64,000 nucleotides of DNA. Origin: Gordius albopunctatus. Lineage: Eukaryota. Every line of letters begins with the position of its first letter. Positions within the stretch are counted from its first letter, which is position 1. Position numbers and translations under genes: made by a program. The notes beneath the pieces were generated by a model. It made no database searches. It saw only the letters and a list, made by a program, of their open reading frames with translations, and was not told the origin of the DNA. The DNA lies in contig OZ193910.1 in NCBI GenBank assembly GCA_964276515.1, positions 4,092,001-4,156,000 on the forward strand. The letters run 5' to 3'. Shown here piece after piece: positions 36,706 through 52,900 of the stretch.

Positions 36706-39700
36706 TAAATACAAATGATGTGAATCATTGAGACATTTAAAACAATGTAAGGAAATAGTTTAGTCATTTTAACATATATTTTGGACGTTCTTATTATATA
36801 AATGCGACTTTTTAATAAATAAATACAAATGATGTGAATCATTGAGACATTTAAAACAATGTAAGGAAATAGTTTAGTCATTTTAACATATATTTTGGAC
36901 GTTCCTATTATATAAATGCGACTTTTTAATAAATAAATACAAATGATGTGAATCATTGAGACATTTAAAACAATGTAAGGAAATAGTTTAGTCATTTTAA
37001 CATATATTTTGGACGTTCTTATTATATAAATGCGACTTTTTAATAAATAAAAAAAATGATGTGAATCATTGAGACATTTAAAACAATGTAAGGAAATAGT
37101 TTAGTCATTTTAACATATATTTTGGACGTTCCTATTATATAAATGCGACTTTTTAATAAATAAATACAAATGATGTGAATCATTGAGACATTTAAAACAA
37201 TGTAAGGAAATAGTTTAGTCATTTTAACATATATTTTGGACGTTCCTATTATATAAATGCGACTTTTTAATAAATAAATACAAATGATGTGAATCATTGA
37301 GACATTTAAAACAATGTAAGGAAATAGTTTAGTCATTTTAACATATATTTTGGACGTTCTTATTATATAAATGCGACTTTTTAATAAATAAAAAAAATGA
37401 TGTGAATCATTGAGACATTTAAAACAATGTAAGGAAATAGTTTAGTCATTTTAACATATATTTTGGACGTTCTTATTATATAAATGCGACTTTTTAATAA
37501 ATAAAAAAAAATGATGTGAATCATTGAGACATTTAAAACAATGTAAGGAAATAGTTTAGTCATTTTAACAAATATTTTGGACGTTCCTATTATATAAATG
37601 CGACTTTTTAATAAATAAATACAAATGATGTGAATCATTGAGACATTTAAAACAATGTAAGGAAATAGTTTAGTCATTTTAACATATATTTTGGACGTTC
37701 TTATTATATAAATGCGACTTTTTAATAAATAAATACAAATGATGTGAATCATTGAGACATTTAAAACAATGTAAGGAAATAGTTTAGTCATTTTAACATA
37801 TATTTTGGACGTTCCTATTATATAAATGCGACTTTTTAATAAATAAAAAAAAATGATGTGAATCATTGAGACATTTAAAACAATGTAAGGAAATAGTTTA
37901 GTCATTTTAACATATATTTTGGACGTTCTTATTATATAAATGCGACTTTTTAATAAATAAATACAAATGATGTGAATCATTGAGACATTTAAAACAATGT
38001 AAGGAAATAGTTTAGTCATTTTAACATATATTTTGGACGTTCTTATTATATAAATGCGACTTTTTAATAAATAAATACAAATGATGTGAATCATTGAGAC
38101 ATTTAAAACAATGTAAGGAAATAGTTTAGTCATTTTAACATATATTTTGGACGTTCCTATTATATAAATGCGACTTTTTAATAAATAAAAAAAAATGATG
38201 TGAATCATTGAGACATTTAAAACAATGTAAGGAAATAGTTTAGTCATTTTAACATATATTTTGGACGTTCTTATTATATAAATGCGACTTTTTAATAAAT
38301 AAATACAAATGATGTGAATCATTGAGACATTTAAAACAATGTAAGGAAATAGTTTAGTCATTTTAACATATATTTTGGACGTTCTTATTATATAAATGCG
38401 ACTTTTTAATAAATAAAAAAAATGATGTGAATCATTGAGACATTTAAAACAATGTAAGGAAATAGTTTAGTCATTTTTAACATATATTTGGACGTTCTTA
38501 TTATATAAATGCGACTTTTTAATAAATAAAAAAAAATGATGAATTCATTGAGACATTTAAACAATGTAAGGAAATAGTTAGTTATTTTAACATATATTTT
38601 GGACGTTCTTATATATAAATGCGACTTTTTAATAAATAAAAAAAAATGATGTGAATCATTGAGACATTTTAAAACAATGTAAGGAAATAGTTTAGTCATT
38701 TTAACATATATTTTGGACGTTCTTATTATATAAATGCGACTTTTTAATAATAATAAAAAAATGATGTGAATCATTGAGACATTTAAAACAATGTAAGGAA
38801 ATAGTAGTTTAGTCATTTTAACAAATATTTTAGACGTTCCTATTATATAAATGCGACTTTTTAATAAATAAAAAAAAATGATGTGAATCATTGAGACATT
38901 TAAAACAATGTAAGGAAATAGTTTAGTCATTTTAACATATATTTTGGACGTTCCTATTATATAAATGCGACTTTTTAATAAATAAATACAAATGATGTGA
39001 ATCATTGAGACATTTAAAACAATGTAAGGAAATAGTTTAGTCATTTTAACATATATTTTGGACGTTCTTATTATATAAATGCGACTTTTTAATAAATAAA
39101 AAAAATGATGTGAATCATTGAGACATTTAAAACAATGTAAGGAAATAGTTTAGTCATTTTAACATATATTTTGGACGTTCCTATTATATAAATGCGACTT
39201 TTTAATAAATAAATACAAATGATGTGAATAATTGAGACATTTAAAACAATGTAAGGAAATAGTTTAGTCATTTTAACATATATTTTGGACGTTCCTATTA
39301 TATAAATGCGACTTTTTAATAAATAAATACAAATGATGTGAATCATTGAGACATTTAAAACAATGTAAGGAAATAGTTTAGTCATTTTAACATATATTTT
39401 GGACGTTCTTATTATATAAATGCGACTTTTTAATAAATAAAAAAAATGATGTGAATCATTGAGACATTTAAAACAATGTAAGGAAATAGTTTAGTCATTT
39501 TAACATATATTTTGGACGTTCTTATTATATAAATGCGACTTTTTAATAAATAAAAAAAAATGATGTGAATCATTGAGACATTTAAAACAATGTAAGGAAA
39601 TAGTTTAGTCATTTTAACAAATATTTTGGACGTTCCTATTATATAAATGCGACTTTTTAATAAATAAATACAAATGATGTGAATCATTGAGACATTTAAA

Positions 39701-42700
39701 ACAATGTAAGGAAACAGTTTAGTCATTTTAACATATATTTAGGACGTTCTTATTATATAAATGCGACTTTTTAATAAATAAAAAAAATGATGTGAATCAT
39801 TGAGACATTTAAAACAATGTAAGGAAATAGTTTAGTTATTTTAACATATATTTTGGACGTTCCTATTATATAAATGCGACTTTTTAATAAATAAATACAA
39901 ATGATGTGAATCATTGAGACATTTAAAACAATGTAAGGAAATAGTTTAGTCATTTTAACATATATTTTGGATGTTCTTATTATATAAATGCGACTTTTTA
40001 ATAAATAAAAAAAAATGATGTGAATCATTGAGACATTTAAAACAATGTAAGGAAATAGTTTAGTCATTTTAACATATATTTTGGACGTTCCTATTATATA
40101 AATGCGACTTTTTAATAAATAAATACAAATGATGTGAATCATTGAGACATTTAAAACAATGTAAGGAAATAGTTTAGTTATTTTAACATATATTTTGGAC
40201 GTTCTTATTATATAAATGCGACTTTTTAATAAATAAAAAAAAATGATGTAAATAATTGAGATATTTAAAACAATGTAAGGAAATAGTTTAGTCATTTTAA
40301 CATATATTTTGGACGTTCTTATTATATAAATGCGACTTTTTAATAAATAAATACAAATGATGTGAATCATTGAGACATTTAAAACAATGTAAGGAAATAG
40401 TTTAGTTATTTTAACATATATTTTGGACGTTCCTATTATATAAATGCGACTTTTTAATAAATAAATACAAATGATGTGAATCATTGAGACATTTAAAACA
40501 ATGTAAGGAAATAGTTTAGTCATTTTAACATATATTTTGGATGTTCTTATTATATAAATGCGACTTTTTAATAAATAAAAAAAATGATGTGAATCATTGA
40601 GACATTTAAAACAATGTAAGGAAATAGTTTAGTCATTTTAACATATATTTTGGACGTTCTTATTATATAAATGCGACTTTTTAATAAATAAAAAAAAATG
40701 ATGTGAATCATTGAGACATTTAAAACAATGTAAGGAAATAGTTTAGTTATTTTAACATATATTTTGGACGTTCTTATTATATAAATGCGACTTTTTAATA
40801 AATAAAAAAAATGATGTGAATCATTGAGACATTTAAAACAATGTAAGGAAATAGTTTAGTCATTTTAACATATATTTTGGACGTTCTTATTATATAAATG
40901 CGACTTTTTAATAAATAAATACAAATGATGTGAATCATTGAGACATTTAAAACAATGTAAGGAAATAGTTTAGTCATTTTAACATATATTTTGGACGTTC
41001 TTATTATATAAATGCGACTTTTTAATAAATAAATACAAATGATGTGAATCATTGAGACATTTAAAACAATGTAAGGAAATAGTTTAGTCATTTTAACATA
41101 TATTTTGGACGTTCCTATTATATAAATGCGACTTTTTAATAAATAAATACAAATGATGTGAATCATTGAGACATTTAAAACAATGTAAGGAAATAGTTTA
41201 GTCATTTTAACATATATTTTGGACGTTCTTATTATATAAATGCGACTTTTTAATAAATAAAAAAAATGATGTGAATCATTGAGACATTTAAAACAATGTA
41301 AGGAAATAGTTTAGTCATTTTAACATATATTTTGGACGTTCCTATTATATAAATGCGACTTTTTAATAAATAAATACAAATGATGTGAATAATTGAGACA
41401 TTTAAAACAATGTAAGGAAATAGTTTAGTCATTTTAACATATATTTTGGACGTTCTTATTATATAAATGCGACTTTTTAATAAATAAATACAAATGATGT
41501 GAATCATTGAGACATTTAAAACAATGTAAGGAAATAGTTTAGTCATTTTAACATATATTTTGCACGTTCCTATTATATAAATGCGACTTTTTAATAAATA
41601 AATACAAATGATGTGAATCATTGAGACATTTAAAACAATGTAAGGAAATAGTTTAGTCATTTTAACATATATTTTGGACGTTCTTATTATATAAATGCGA
41701 CTTTTTAATAAATAAAAAAAATGATGTGAATCATTGAGACATTTAAAACAATGTAAGGAAATAGTTTAGTCATTTTAACATATATTTTGGACGTTCCTAT
41801 TATAAAAATGCGACTTTTTAATAAATAAATACAAATGATGTGAATAATTGAGACATTTAAAACAATGTAAGGAAATAGTTTAGTTATTTTAACATATATT
41901 TTGGACGTTCTTATTATATAAATGCGACTTTTTAATAAATAAATACAAATGATGTGAATCATTGAGACATTTAAAACAATGTAAGGAAATAGTTTAGTCA
42001 TTTTAACATATATTTTGGACGTTCCTATTATATAAATGCGACTTTTTAATAAATAAATACAAATGATGTGAATCATTGAGACATTTAAAACAATGTAAGG
42101 AAATAGTTTAGTCATTTTAACATATATTTTGGACGTTCTTATTATATAAATGCGACTTTTTAATAAATAAAAAAAATGATGTGAATCATTGAGACATTTA
42201 AAACAATGTAAGGAAATAGTTTAGTCATTTTAACATATATTTTGGACGTTCTTATTATATAAATGCGACTTTTTAATAAATAAATACAAATGATGTGAAT
42301 CATTGAGACATTTAAAACAATGTAAGGAAATAGTTTAGTCATTTTAACATATATTTTGGACGTTCTTATTATATAAATGCGACTTTTTAATAAATAAATA
42401 CAAATGATGTGAATCATTGAGACATTTAAAACAATGTAAGGAAATAGTTTAGTCATTTTAACATATATTTTGGACGTTCCTATTATATAAATGCGACTTT
42501 TTAATAAATAAAAAAAAATGATGTGAATCATTGAGACATTTAAAACAATGTAAGGAAATAGTTTAGTCATTTTAACATATATTTTGGACGTTCTTATTAT
42601 ATAAATGCGACTTTTTAATAAATAAAAAAAATGATGTGAATCATTGAGACATTTAAAACAATGTAAGGAAATAGTTTAGTCATTTTAACATATATTTTGG

Positions 42701-45700
42701 ACGTTCCTATTATATAAATGCGACTTTTTAATAAATAAATACAAATGATGTGAATAATTGAGACATTTAAAACAATGTAAGGAAATAGTTTAGTCATTTT
42801 AACATATATTTTGGACGTTCCTATTATATAAATGCGACTTTTTAATAAATAAATACAAATGATGTGAATCATTGAGACATTTAAAACAATGTAAGGAAAT
42901 AGTTTAGTCATTTTAACATATATTTTGGACGTTCTTATTATATAAATGCGACTTTTTAATAAATAAAAAAAAATGATGTGAATCATTGAGACATTTAAAA
43001 CAATGTAAGGAAATAGTTTAGTCATTTTAACAAATATTTTGGACGTTCCTATTATATAAATGCGACTTTTTAATAAATAAATACAAATGATGTGAATCAT
43101 TGAGACATTTAAAACAATGTAAGGAAACAGTTTAGTCATTTTAACATATATTTTGGACGTTCTTATTATATAAATGCGACTTTTTAATAAATAAAAAAAA
43201 TGATGTGAATCATTGAGACATTTAAAACAATGTAAGGAAATAGTTTAGTCATTTTAACATATATTTTGGACGTTCCTATTATATAAATGCGACTTTTTAA
43301 TAAATAAATACAAATGATGTGAATCATTGAGACATTTAAAACAATGTAAGGAAATAGTTTAGTTATTTTAACATATATTTTGGACGTTCTTATTATATAA
43401 ATGCGACTTTTTAATAAATAAAAAAAAATGATGTAAATAATTGAGATATTTAAAACAATGTAAGGAAATAGTTTAGTCATTTTAACATATATTTTGGACG
43501 TTCTTATTATATAAATGCGACTTTTTAATAAATAAATACAAATGATGTGAATCATTGAGACATTTAAAACAATGTAAGGAAATAGTTTAGTCATTTTAAC
43601 ATATATTTTGGACGTTCCTATTATATAAATGCGACTTTTTAATAAATAAATACAAATGATGTGAATCATTGAGACATTTAAAACAATGTAAGGAAATAGT
43701 TTAGTCATTTTAACATATATTTTGGACGTTCTTATTATATAAATGCGACTTTTTAATAAATAAAAAAAATGATGTGAATCATTGAGACATTTAAAACAAT
43801 GTAAGGAAATAGTTTAGTTATTTTAACATATATTTTGGACGTTCCTATTATATAAATGCGACTTTTTAATAAATAAATACAAATGATGTGAATCATTGAG
43901 ACATTTAAAACAATGTAAGGAAATAGTTTAGTCATTTTAACATATATTTTGGACGTTCTTATTATATAAATGCGACTTTTTAATAAATAAATACAAATGA
44001 TGTGAATCATTGAGACATTTAAAACAATGTAAGGAAATAGTTTAGTTATTTTAACATATATTTTGGACGTTCCTATTATATAAATGCGACTTTTTAATAA
44101 ATAAAAAAAAATGATGTAAATAATTGAGATATTTAAAACAATGTAAGGAAATAGTTTAGTCATTTTAACATATATTTTGGACGTTCTTATTATATAAATG
44201 CGACTTTTTAATAAATAAATACAAATGATGTGAATCATTGAGACATTTAAAACAATGTAAGGAAATAGTTTAGTCATTTTAACATATATTTTGGACGTTC
44301 CTATTATATAAATGCGACTTTTTAATAAATAAATACAAATGATGTGAATCATTGAGACATTTAAAACAATGTAAGGAAATAGTTTAGTCATTTTAACATA
44401 TATTTTGGACGTTCTTATTATATAAATGCGACTTTTTAATAAATAAAAAAAATGATGTGAATCATTGAGACATTTAAAACAATGTAAGGAAATAGTTTAG
44501 TCATTTTAACATATATTTTGGACGTTCCTATTATATAAATGCGACTTTTTAATAAATAAATACAAATGATGTGAATCATTGAGACATTTAAAACAATGTA
44601 AGGAAATAGTTTAGTTATTTTAACATATATTTTGGACGTTCTTATTATATAAATGCGACTTTTTAATAAATAAAAAAAATGATGTGAATCATTGAGACAT
44701 TTAAAACAATGTAAGGAAATAGTTTAGTCATTTTAACATATATTTTGGACGTTCTTATTATATAAATGCGACTTTTTAATAAATAAAAAAAAATGATGTG
44801 AATCATTGAGACATTTAAAACAATGTAAGGAAATAGTTTAGTTATTTTAACATATATTTTGGACGTTCCTATTATATAAATGCGACTTTTTAATAAATAA
44901 ATACAAATGATGTGAATCATTGAGACATTTAAAACAATGTAAGGAAATAGTTTAGTTATTTTAACATATATTTTGGACGTTCTTATTATATAAATGCGAC
45001 TTTTTAATAAATAAAAAAAAATGATGTAAATAATTGAGATATTTAAAACAATGTAAGGAAATAGTTTAGTCATTTTAACATATATTTTGGACGTTCTTAT
45101 TATATAAATGCGACTTTTTAATAAATAAATACAAATGATGTGAATCATTGAGACATTTAAAACAATGTAAGGAAATAGTTTAGTCATTTTAACATATATT
45201 TTGGACGTTCCTATTATATAAATGCGACTTTTTAATAAATAAATACAAATGATGTGAATCATTGAGACATTTAAAACAATGTAAGGAAATAGTTTAGTCA
45301 TTTTAACATATATTTTGGACGTTCTTATTATATAAATGCGACTTTTTAATAAATAAAAAAAATGATGTGAATCATTGAGACATTTAAAACAATGTAAGGA
45401 AATAGTTTAGTTATTTTAACATATATTTTGGACGTTCCTATTATATAAATGCGACTTTTTAATAAATAAATACAAATGATGTGAATCATTGAGACATTTA
45501 AAACAATGTAAGGAAATAGTTTAGTCATTTTAACATATATTTTGGACGTTCTTATTATATAAATGCGACTTTTTAATAAATAAAAAAAAATGATGTGAAT
45601 CATTGAGACATTTAAAACAATGTAAGGAAATAGTTTAGTCATTTTAACATATATTTTGGGCGTTCCTATTATATAAATGCGACTTTTTAATAAATAAAAA

Positions 45701-46502
45701 AAAATAATGTGAATCATTGAGACATTTAAAACAATGTAAGGAAATAGTTTAGTCATTTTAACATATATTTTGGACGTTCCTATTATATAAATGCGACTTT
45801 TTAATAAATAAATACAAATGATGTGAATCATTGAGACATTTAAAACAATGTAAGGAAATAGTTTAGTCATTTTAACATATATTTTGGACGTTCTTATTAT
45901 ATAAATGCGACTTTTTAATAAATAAATACAAATGATGTGAATCATTGAGACATTTAAAACAATGTAAGGAAACAGTTTAGTCATTTTAACATATATTTAG
46001 GACGTTCTTATTATATAAATGCGACTTTTTAATAAATAAAAAAAATGATGTGAATCATTGAGACATTTAAAACAATGTAAGGAAATAGTTTAGTTATTTT
46101 AACATATATTTTGGACGTTCCTATTATATAAATGCGACTTTTTAATAAATAAAAAAAAATGATGTGAATCATTGAGACATTTAAAACAATGTAAGGAAAT
46201 AGTTTAGTCATTTTAACATATATTTTGGACGTTCTTATTAAATAAATGCGACTTTTTAATAAATAAATACAAATGATGTGAATCATTGAGACATTTAAAA
46301 CAATGTAAGGAAATAGTTTAGTCATTTTAACATATATTTTGGACGTTCTTATTATATAAATGCGACTTTTTAATAAATAAAAAAAATGATGTGAATCATT
46401 GAGACATTTAAAACAATGTAAGGAAATAGTTTAGTCATTTTAACATATATTTTGGACGTTCTTATTATATAAATGCGACTTTTTAATAAATAAAAAAAAA
46501 TG
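36706..46502. repeat. 113/114-bp AT-rich satellite array (~86 monomers)
   Basis: Unit AAATACAAATGATGTGAATCATTGAGACATTTAAAACAATGTAAGGAAATAGTTTAGTCATTTTAACATATATTTTGGACGTTCYTATTATATAAATGCGACTTTTTAATAAAT repeated head to tail. Confidence 0.98.
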
Positions 46503-46702
46503 NNNNNNNNNNNNNNNNNNNNNNNNNNNNNNNNNNNNNNNNNNNNNNNNNNNNNNNNNNNNNNNNNNNNNNNNNNNNNNNNNNNNNNNNNNNNNNNNNN
46601 NNNNNNNNNNNNNNNNNNNNNNNNNNNNNNNNNNNNNNNNNNNNNNNNNNNNNNNNNNNNNNNNNNNNNNNNNNNNNNNNNNNNNNNNNNNNNNNNNNNN
46701 NN
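46503..46702. other. Assembly gap (200 N)
   Basis: Run of N. Confidence 0.99.
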
Positions 46703-46780
46703 GTGATTACTCTTCATTTTCATCTCTTCAAAAACTGTCAAGCACTCCGCATCCAAGGTGACCCCTGACATTCCGCTCAT
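46703..46780 (-). CDS. 5' fragment of the duplicated cofilin, cut by the gap
   Basis: MSGMSGVTLDAECLTVFEEMKMKSNH is identical to the N-terminus of the 33053-33490 ORF. Confidence 0.7.
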
Positions 46781-47628
46781 TTTGCTGTGGCGGTTTTAAG
46801 GAACTTTATTGAATTAATGTGTTTAAAGAGGAAAAAGATTGCGTATTTGAAGGGCTATGAGTTATTTTTTTGCTTCGAAAAAAATTAGATTATACGTTTC
46901 AACAATGAGCAGCAATTACGGGTGCTACGTGAATTGATGATATACGCTTTCGTCGAACGCGTCATAACGTTGATTTAGGTTTACATATAAATTTTATATG
47001 AAATTTTTGATTAAATAAAGTGAAAATATTTATAAAACATAGATAAAAGTGGTTAACATGGCAATGGACTTTTGGCTTAAAACAATTTTAGTCAAAGTTT
47101 ACTCTCTTAAGGTCTCGAGGGTTTGCCTTGAGTAGAGAACTTTTACATTATATATTATATAAATTAGCTAATAGCTGAAAAATGAAAATAAATAGTCGCA
47201 TTTCTGCATACTGAAGTATCTATGATAGTTATAAATTTATTTTTTGGAGTTTTTAAGGGGATTTTTAAATAAACAAAATCTCATCTTTTTCGCAACAGAA
47301 GATCGCGGAGAAAAATTATAATTATGACCATGTATATAAAGCGTAAGTTGTTTGAACTTTGTCCTGAAACAATAATTTCTGCCCTATTTAAAAGTTTTAA
47401 AATGATTAAGTTTGGTAAAAAAGAAGATGACAAACTTATTGTCCAGCACTTTTACCACTCTTAAATCTTATTGGGCCAATAGGAGAAATATAGTTATACA
47501 GTACTCTTTATTTTACTGTAAACTTAGTCTGGTAAATTTAATTTTAATTATAAATTTTATTAATTCTAGAATAACTATTTTTTGTAGTGACTTTATATTT
47601 CTTTCGTAAAGTGATCTAATCGTATTAT

Positions 47629-48956
47629 ATGGATTTGTATAATATTAGATATTTACCCTTGTTATGGCTACTTCCTAGCACTATACTAGCAATTTCAATT
47701 ATTCTCAACCTAAGTAATTCGAATTGTTTTTTTGTTTTCTCTAATTCATACATGGAAAAAGTTATTAAATCAGCATCCCTTGTTGTAAAACGACTAGGTT
47801 TTGTTTAGTTGACCTTTGGCTTTTACTAATATATGGCATCAAGACATATGGCCGATAGCAAAAATTTCAATAAAATCAGTCAGAGTTCGATTTTTAATAT
47901 TTTTCAAAATAAATTAATTTAAATCAATCACTCTTAAAGTTTCACAAATTCATGTTATAATGTGCTTTAACAATTTGTTAAAAAGATGTAGTTTGTTTTT
48001 CGAAATTAAATTAAAAAAACTAAGTTGCAATCCTATCGGATGAATGGTGGATTGGAAAGGATATTAAATTCGGTCTGACCAAAGTCTGCCATAAAAAGCA
48101 TTGTGTTCAAATGCTAGACGAAGAAATGCAAGAGCCTTTCTATTACCTAAACGAAGATCACGACAATTTAGCTACTGAACTTACCCATGATTCCATCCTA
48201 ATGCCAAGTATTAAAGTCTGTTTTATTTATTTATTTATTTAAAATCAAAACAGGTTTTTTCAAAACGACTTTGGCATGCACCACTTTTGCCCTAGCCTTG
48301 GAAATATTATCCCTTTTTATGACGATAACGCATCTCTACGTAGATCGCATTTACACTATAACCGGTGTGATTAACGCGACCATACTCCTAGCTAGTAAGT
48401 GTGTAATATGATGTGGCTGCTATATGATGGTTCATCTATTTTAATTTAATTGCCTTAAGATTCATAAATATTAGTAACCTTTTTTGAATTATTAATAGTC
48501 CAGCAGACCAAATGCAAAATTAGGTCTAAATAGTTTAAAGAACACCATTAAACTAAAAATTAATGTAATCATAATAGATGTTTCGCTCGCTTTAATGAAT
48601 TATTAATAATGATTTTTAAGTTATTGTTAGATTGGGAGGCCTGTTTGCCATAGAAGTTGGTACGGCTATACATCCAGATCATTTCGTAAAGCATTACGAC
48701 TATACCCTAATCTTTCAAGTAAATGTCATGTCACCTTTTTACACATTTTACATAATTGAGATTTATCAATATTTTAAAATTAAAAATACTTTAAAAGGCT
48801 TATGGAAGCGCTTACTGGACCGCCTTAATTGCAAACGCCTTGTCGTTTCTTTCGTATTTGTCTTTTGATTTTGTCGCCAATTTCATTAGCCGAAAGCATG
48901 ACAGTACGCATTTGATTAAATTTAAATTGGGCACTGATTTGTTATTGCAAGATTGA
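47629..48956 (+). CDS. Duplicate copy of the claudin-like gene
   Basis: Appears identical to 34339-35666 at offset 13290. Probably an assembly duplicate. Confidence 0.65.
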
Positions 48957-49995
48957 GGATTAGTATCTATAACATAAATTCTTTTGAAGTATTATCGATT
49001 TATATTTTTTATTGTAAATCAATGTTAATATCATTAAGAAACATTTTTAATTATTGGAAGGAGCCTATAGACCTCGATTTTCATATGCTCATTTATTAAC
49101 CTTTTAAATATTGTTAACTAGGCTGCTACTGTATGCGTAGCCATTTAACGGAGCTCCAAATATTTATAATTACAAAGACTAAGATTTGGCACTTATATGT
49201 TGCCTGTTAGTTCTATGGATTAAATTTCCTTAGACGTTTTTGAGATTATAATTTTCCAATTATTTGATCATAACAGTGAGTAGATTGATGTGAACCCGAT
49301 GAGATTGTTGAAAATAAATCATCAACATATTAATTATTATGAATTAGAATAATGGTAGGTACAAAGTTTCCTCAGTGTATTTCAGGGAAATCGCCTAAAA
49401 GTAATAACTTCAAATAATTGTTTCAACATAAAATAGATACACCCAAAGCACTACTTATTTGACTTGATCCGAGCTGAACCTAAGGCCAAATATTTTATTA
49501 AAATTGGATTCAGCCTGACCAGAGATAGAAAATTTCATTTTTTGCCCTTGCCCAAAGCCATGGGCGTAACCAGAATTAAAATTAGGGGGGGGTAATAATG
49601 ATTTAGGGAGGGGCAAAAGGATCATTTTCCGAAAATTTCCTCCATAAATTTAATAAATTTCAACAAATTTTTGGATTAGCAATAATTTTTACTTTTAATA
49701 AACTAGATGACGATAAAGCAATTTATTACGATATTATCCGCTATTTGAAAGGCAACGTAGAAAGGGACACCAGTAATATGGATAAATTGGAAATTCTTAA
49801 ATTAACCGAACAAGATAATTTATAAACCATCATTATACACTTCTTATTTTAACTATTTTGACGTTGTATTAATAAATAATTTGTAATAAAAATATTTTTC
49901 TCGCTTTTACATAATATTATAAACCAAAATATCTAAATTTCGCGATTATATTTTTTGGGGAGGCGTAGGCGTGAAGTCCCATGATTTTTGAGTAC

Positions 49996-52900
49996 TAAAT
50001 ACAAATGATGTGAATCATTGAGACATTTAAAACAATGTAAGGAAATAGTTTAGTCATTTTAACATATATTTTGGACGTTCTTATTATATAAATGCGACTT
50101 TTTAATAAATAAATACAAATGATGTGAATCATTGAGACATTTAAAACAATGTAAGGAAATAGTTTAGTCATTTTAACATATATTTTGGACGTTCCTATTA
50201 TATAAATGCGACTTTTTAATAAATAAATACAAATGATGTGAATCATTGAGACATTTAAAACAATGTAAGGAAATAGTTTAGTCATTTTAACATATATTTT
50301 GGACGTTCTTATTATATAAATGCGACTTTTTAATAAATAAAAAAAATGATGTGAATCATTGAGACATTTAAAACAATGTAAGGAAATAGTTTAGTCATTT
50401 TAACATATATTTTGGACGTTCCTATTATATAAATGCGACTTTTTAATAAATAAATACAAATGATGTGAATCATTGAGACATTTAAAACAATGTAAGGAAA
50501 TAGTTTAGTCATTTTAACATATATTTTGGACGTTCCTATTATATAAATGCGACTTTTTAATAAATAAATACAAATGATGTGAATCATTGAGACATTTAAA
50601 ACAATGTAAGGAAATAGTTTAGTCATTTTAACATATATTTTGGACGTTCTTATTATATAAATGCGACTTTTTAATAAATAAAAAAAATGATGTGAATCAT
50701 TGAGACATTTAAAACAATGTAAGGAAATAGTTTAGTCATTTTAACATATATTTTGGACGTTCTTATTATATAAATGCGACTTTTTAATAAATAAAAAAAA
50801 TGATGTGAATCATTGAGACATTTAAAACAATGTAAGGAAATAGTTTAGTCATTTTAACATATATTTTGGACGTTCCTATTATATAAATGCGACTTTTTAA
50901 TAAATAAATACAAATGATGTGAATCATTGAGACATTTAAAACAATGTAAGGAAATAGTTTAGTCATTTTAACATATATTTTGGACGTTCTTATTATATAA
51001 ATGCGACTTTTTAATAAATAAATACAAATGATGTGAATCATTGAGACATTTAAAACAATGTAAGGAAATAGTTTAGTCATTTTAACATATATTTTGGACG
51101 TTCCTATTATATAAATGCGACTTTTTAATAAATAAAAAAAAATGATGTGAATCATTGAGACATTTAAAACAATGTAAGGAAATAGTTTAGTCATTTTAAC
51201 ATATATTTTGGACGTTCTTATTATATAAATGCGACTTTTTAATAAATAAATACAAATGATGTGAATCATTGAGACATTTAAAACAATGTAAGGAAATAGT
51301 TTAGTCATTTTAACATATATTTTGGACGTTCTTATTATATAAATGCGACTTTTTAATAAATAAATACAAATGATGTGAATCATTGAGACATTTAAAACAA
51401 TGTAAGGAAATAGTTTAGTCATTTTAACATATATTTTGGACGTTCCTATTATATAAATGCGACTTTTTAATAAATAAAAAAAAATGATGTGAATCATTGA
51501 GACATTTAAAACAATGTAAGGAAATAGTTTAGTCATTTTAACATATATTTTGGACGTTCTTATTATATAAATGCGACTTTTTAATAAATAAATACAAATG
51601 ATGTGAATCATTGAGACATTTAAAACAATGTAAGGAAATAGTTTAGTCATTTTAACATATATTTTGGACGTTCTTATTATATAAATGCGACTTTTTAATA
51701 AATAAAAAAAATGATGTGAATCATTGAGACATTTAAAACAATGTAAGGAAATAGTTTAGTCATTTTAACATATATTTTGGACGTTCTTATTATATAAATG
51801 CGACTTTTTAATAAATAAAAAAAAATGATGTGAATCATTGAGACATTTAAAACAATGTAAGGAAATAGTTTAGTTATTTTAACATATATTTTGGACGTTC
51901 TTATTATATAAATGCGACTTTTTAATAAATAAAAAAAAATGATGTGAATCATTGAGACATTTAAAACAATGTAAGGAAATAGTTTAGTCATTTTAACATA
52001 TATTTTGGACGTTCTTATTATATAAATGCGACTTTTTAATAAATAAAAAAAAATGATGTGAATCATTGAGACATTTAAAACAATGTAAGGAAATAGTTTA
52101 GTCATTTTAACAAATATTTTAGACGTTCCTATTATATAAATGCGACTTTTTAATAAATAAAAAAAAATGATGTGAATCATTGAGACATTTAAAACAATGT
52201 AAGGAAATAGTTTAGTCATTTTAACATATATTTTGGACGTTCCTATTATATAAATGCGACTTTTTAATAAATAAATACAAATGATGTGAATCATTGAGAC
52301 ATTTAAAACAATGTAAGGAAATAGTTTAGTCATTTTAACATATATTTTGGACGTTCTTATTATATAAATGCGACTTTTTAATAAATAAAAAAAATGATGT
52401 GAATCATTGAGACATTTAAAACAATGTAAGGAAATAGTTTAGTCATTTTAACATATATTTTGGACGTTCCTATTATATAAATGCGACTTTTTAATAAATA
52501 AATACAAATGATGTGAATAATTGAGACATTTAAAACAATGTAAGGAAATAGTTTAGTCATTTTAACATATATTTTGGACGTTCCTATTATATAAATGCGA
52601 CTTTTTAATAAATAAATACAAATGATGTGAATCATTGAGACATTTAAAACAATGTAAGGAAATAGTTTAGTCATTTTAACATATATTTTGGACGTTCTTA
52701 TTATATAAATGCGACTTTTTAATAAATAAAAAAAATGATGTGAATCATTGAGACATTTAAAACAATGTAAGGAAATAGTTTAGTCATTTTAACATATATT
52801 TTGGACGTTCTTATTATATAAATGCGACTTTTTAATAAATAAAAAAAAATGATGTGAATCATTGAGACATTTAAAACAATGTAAGGAAATAGTTTAGTCA

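Noticed and set aside
46370..46780. Cofilin-satellite fusion ORF
   Set aside because: Created by translating through the N gap.
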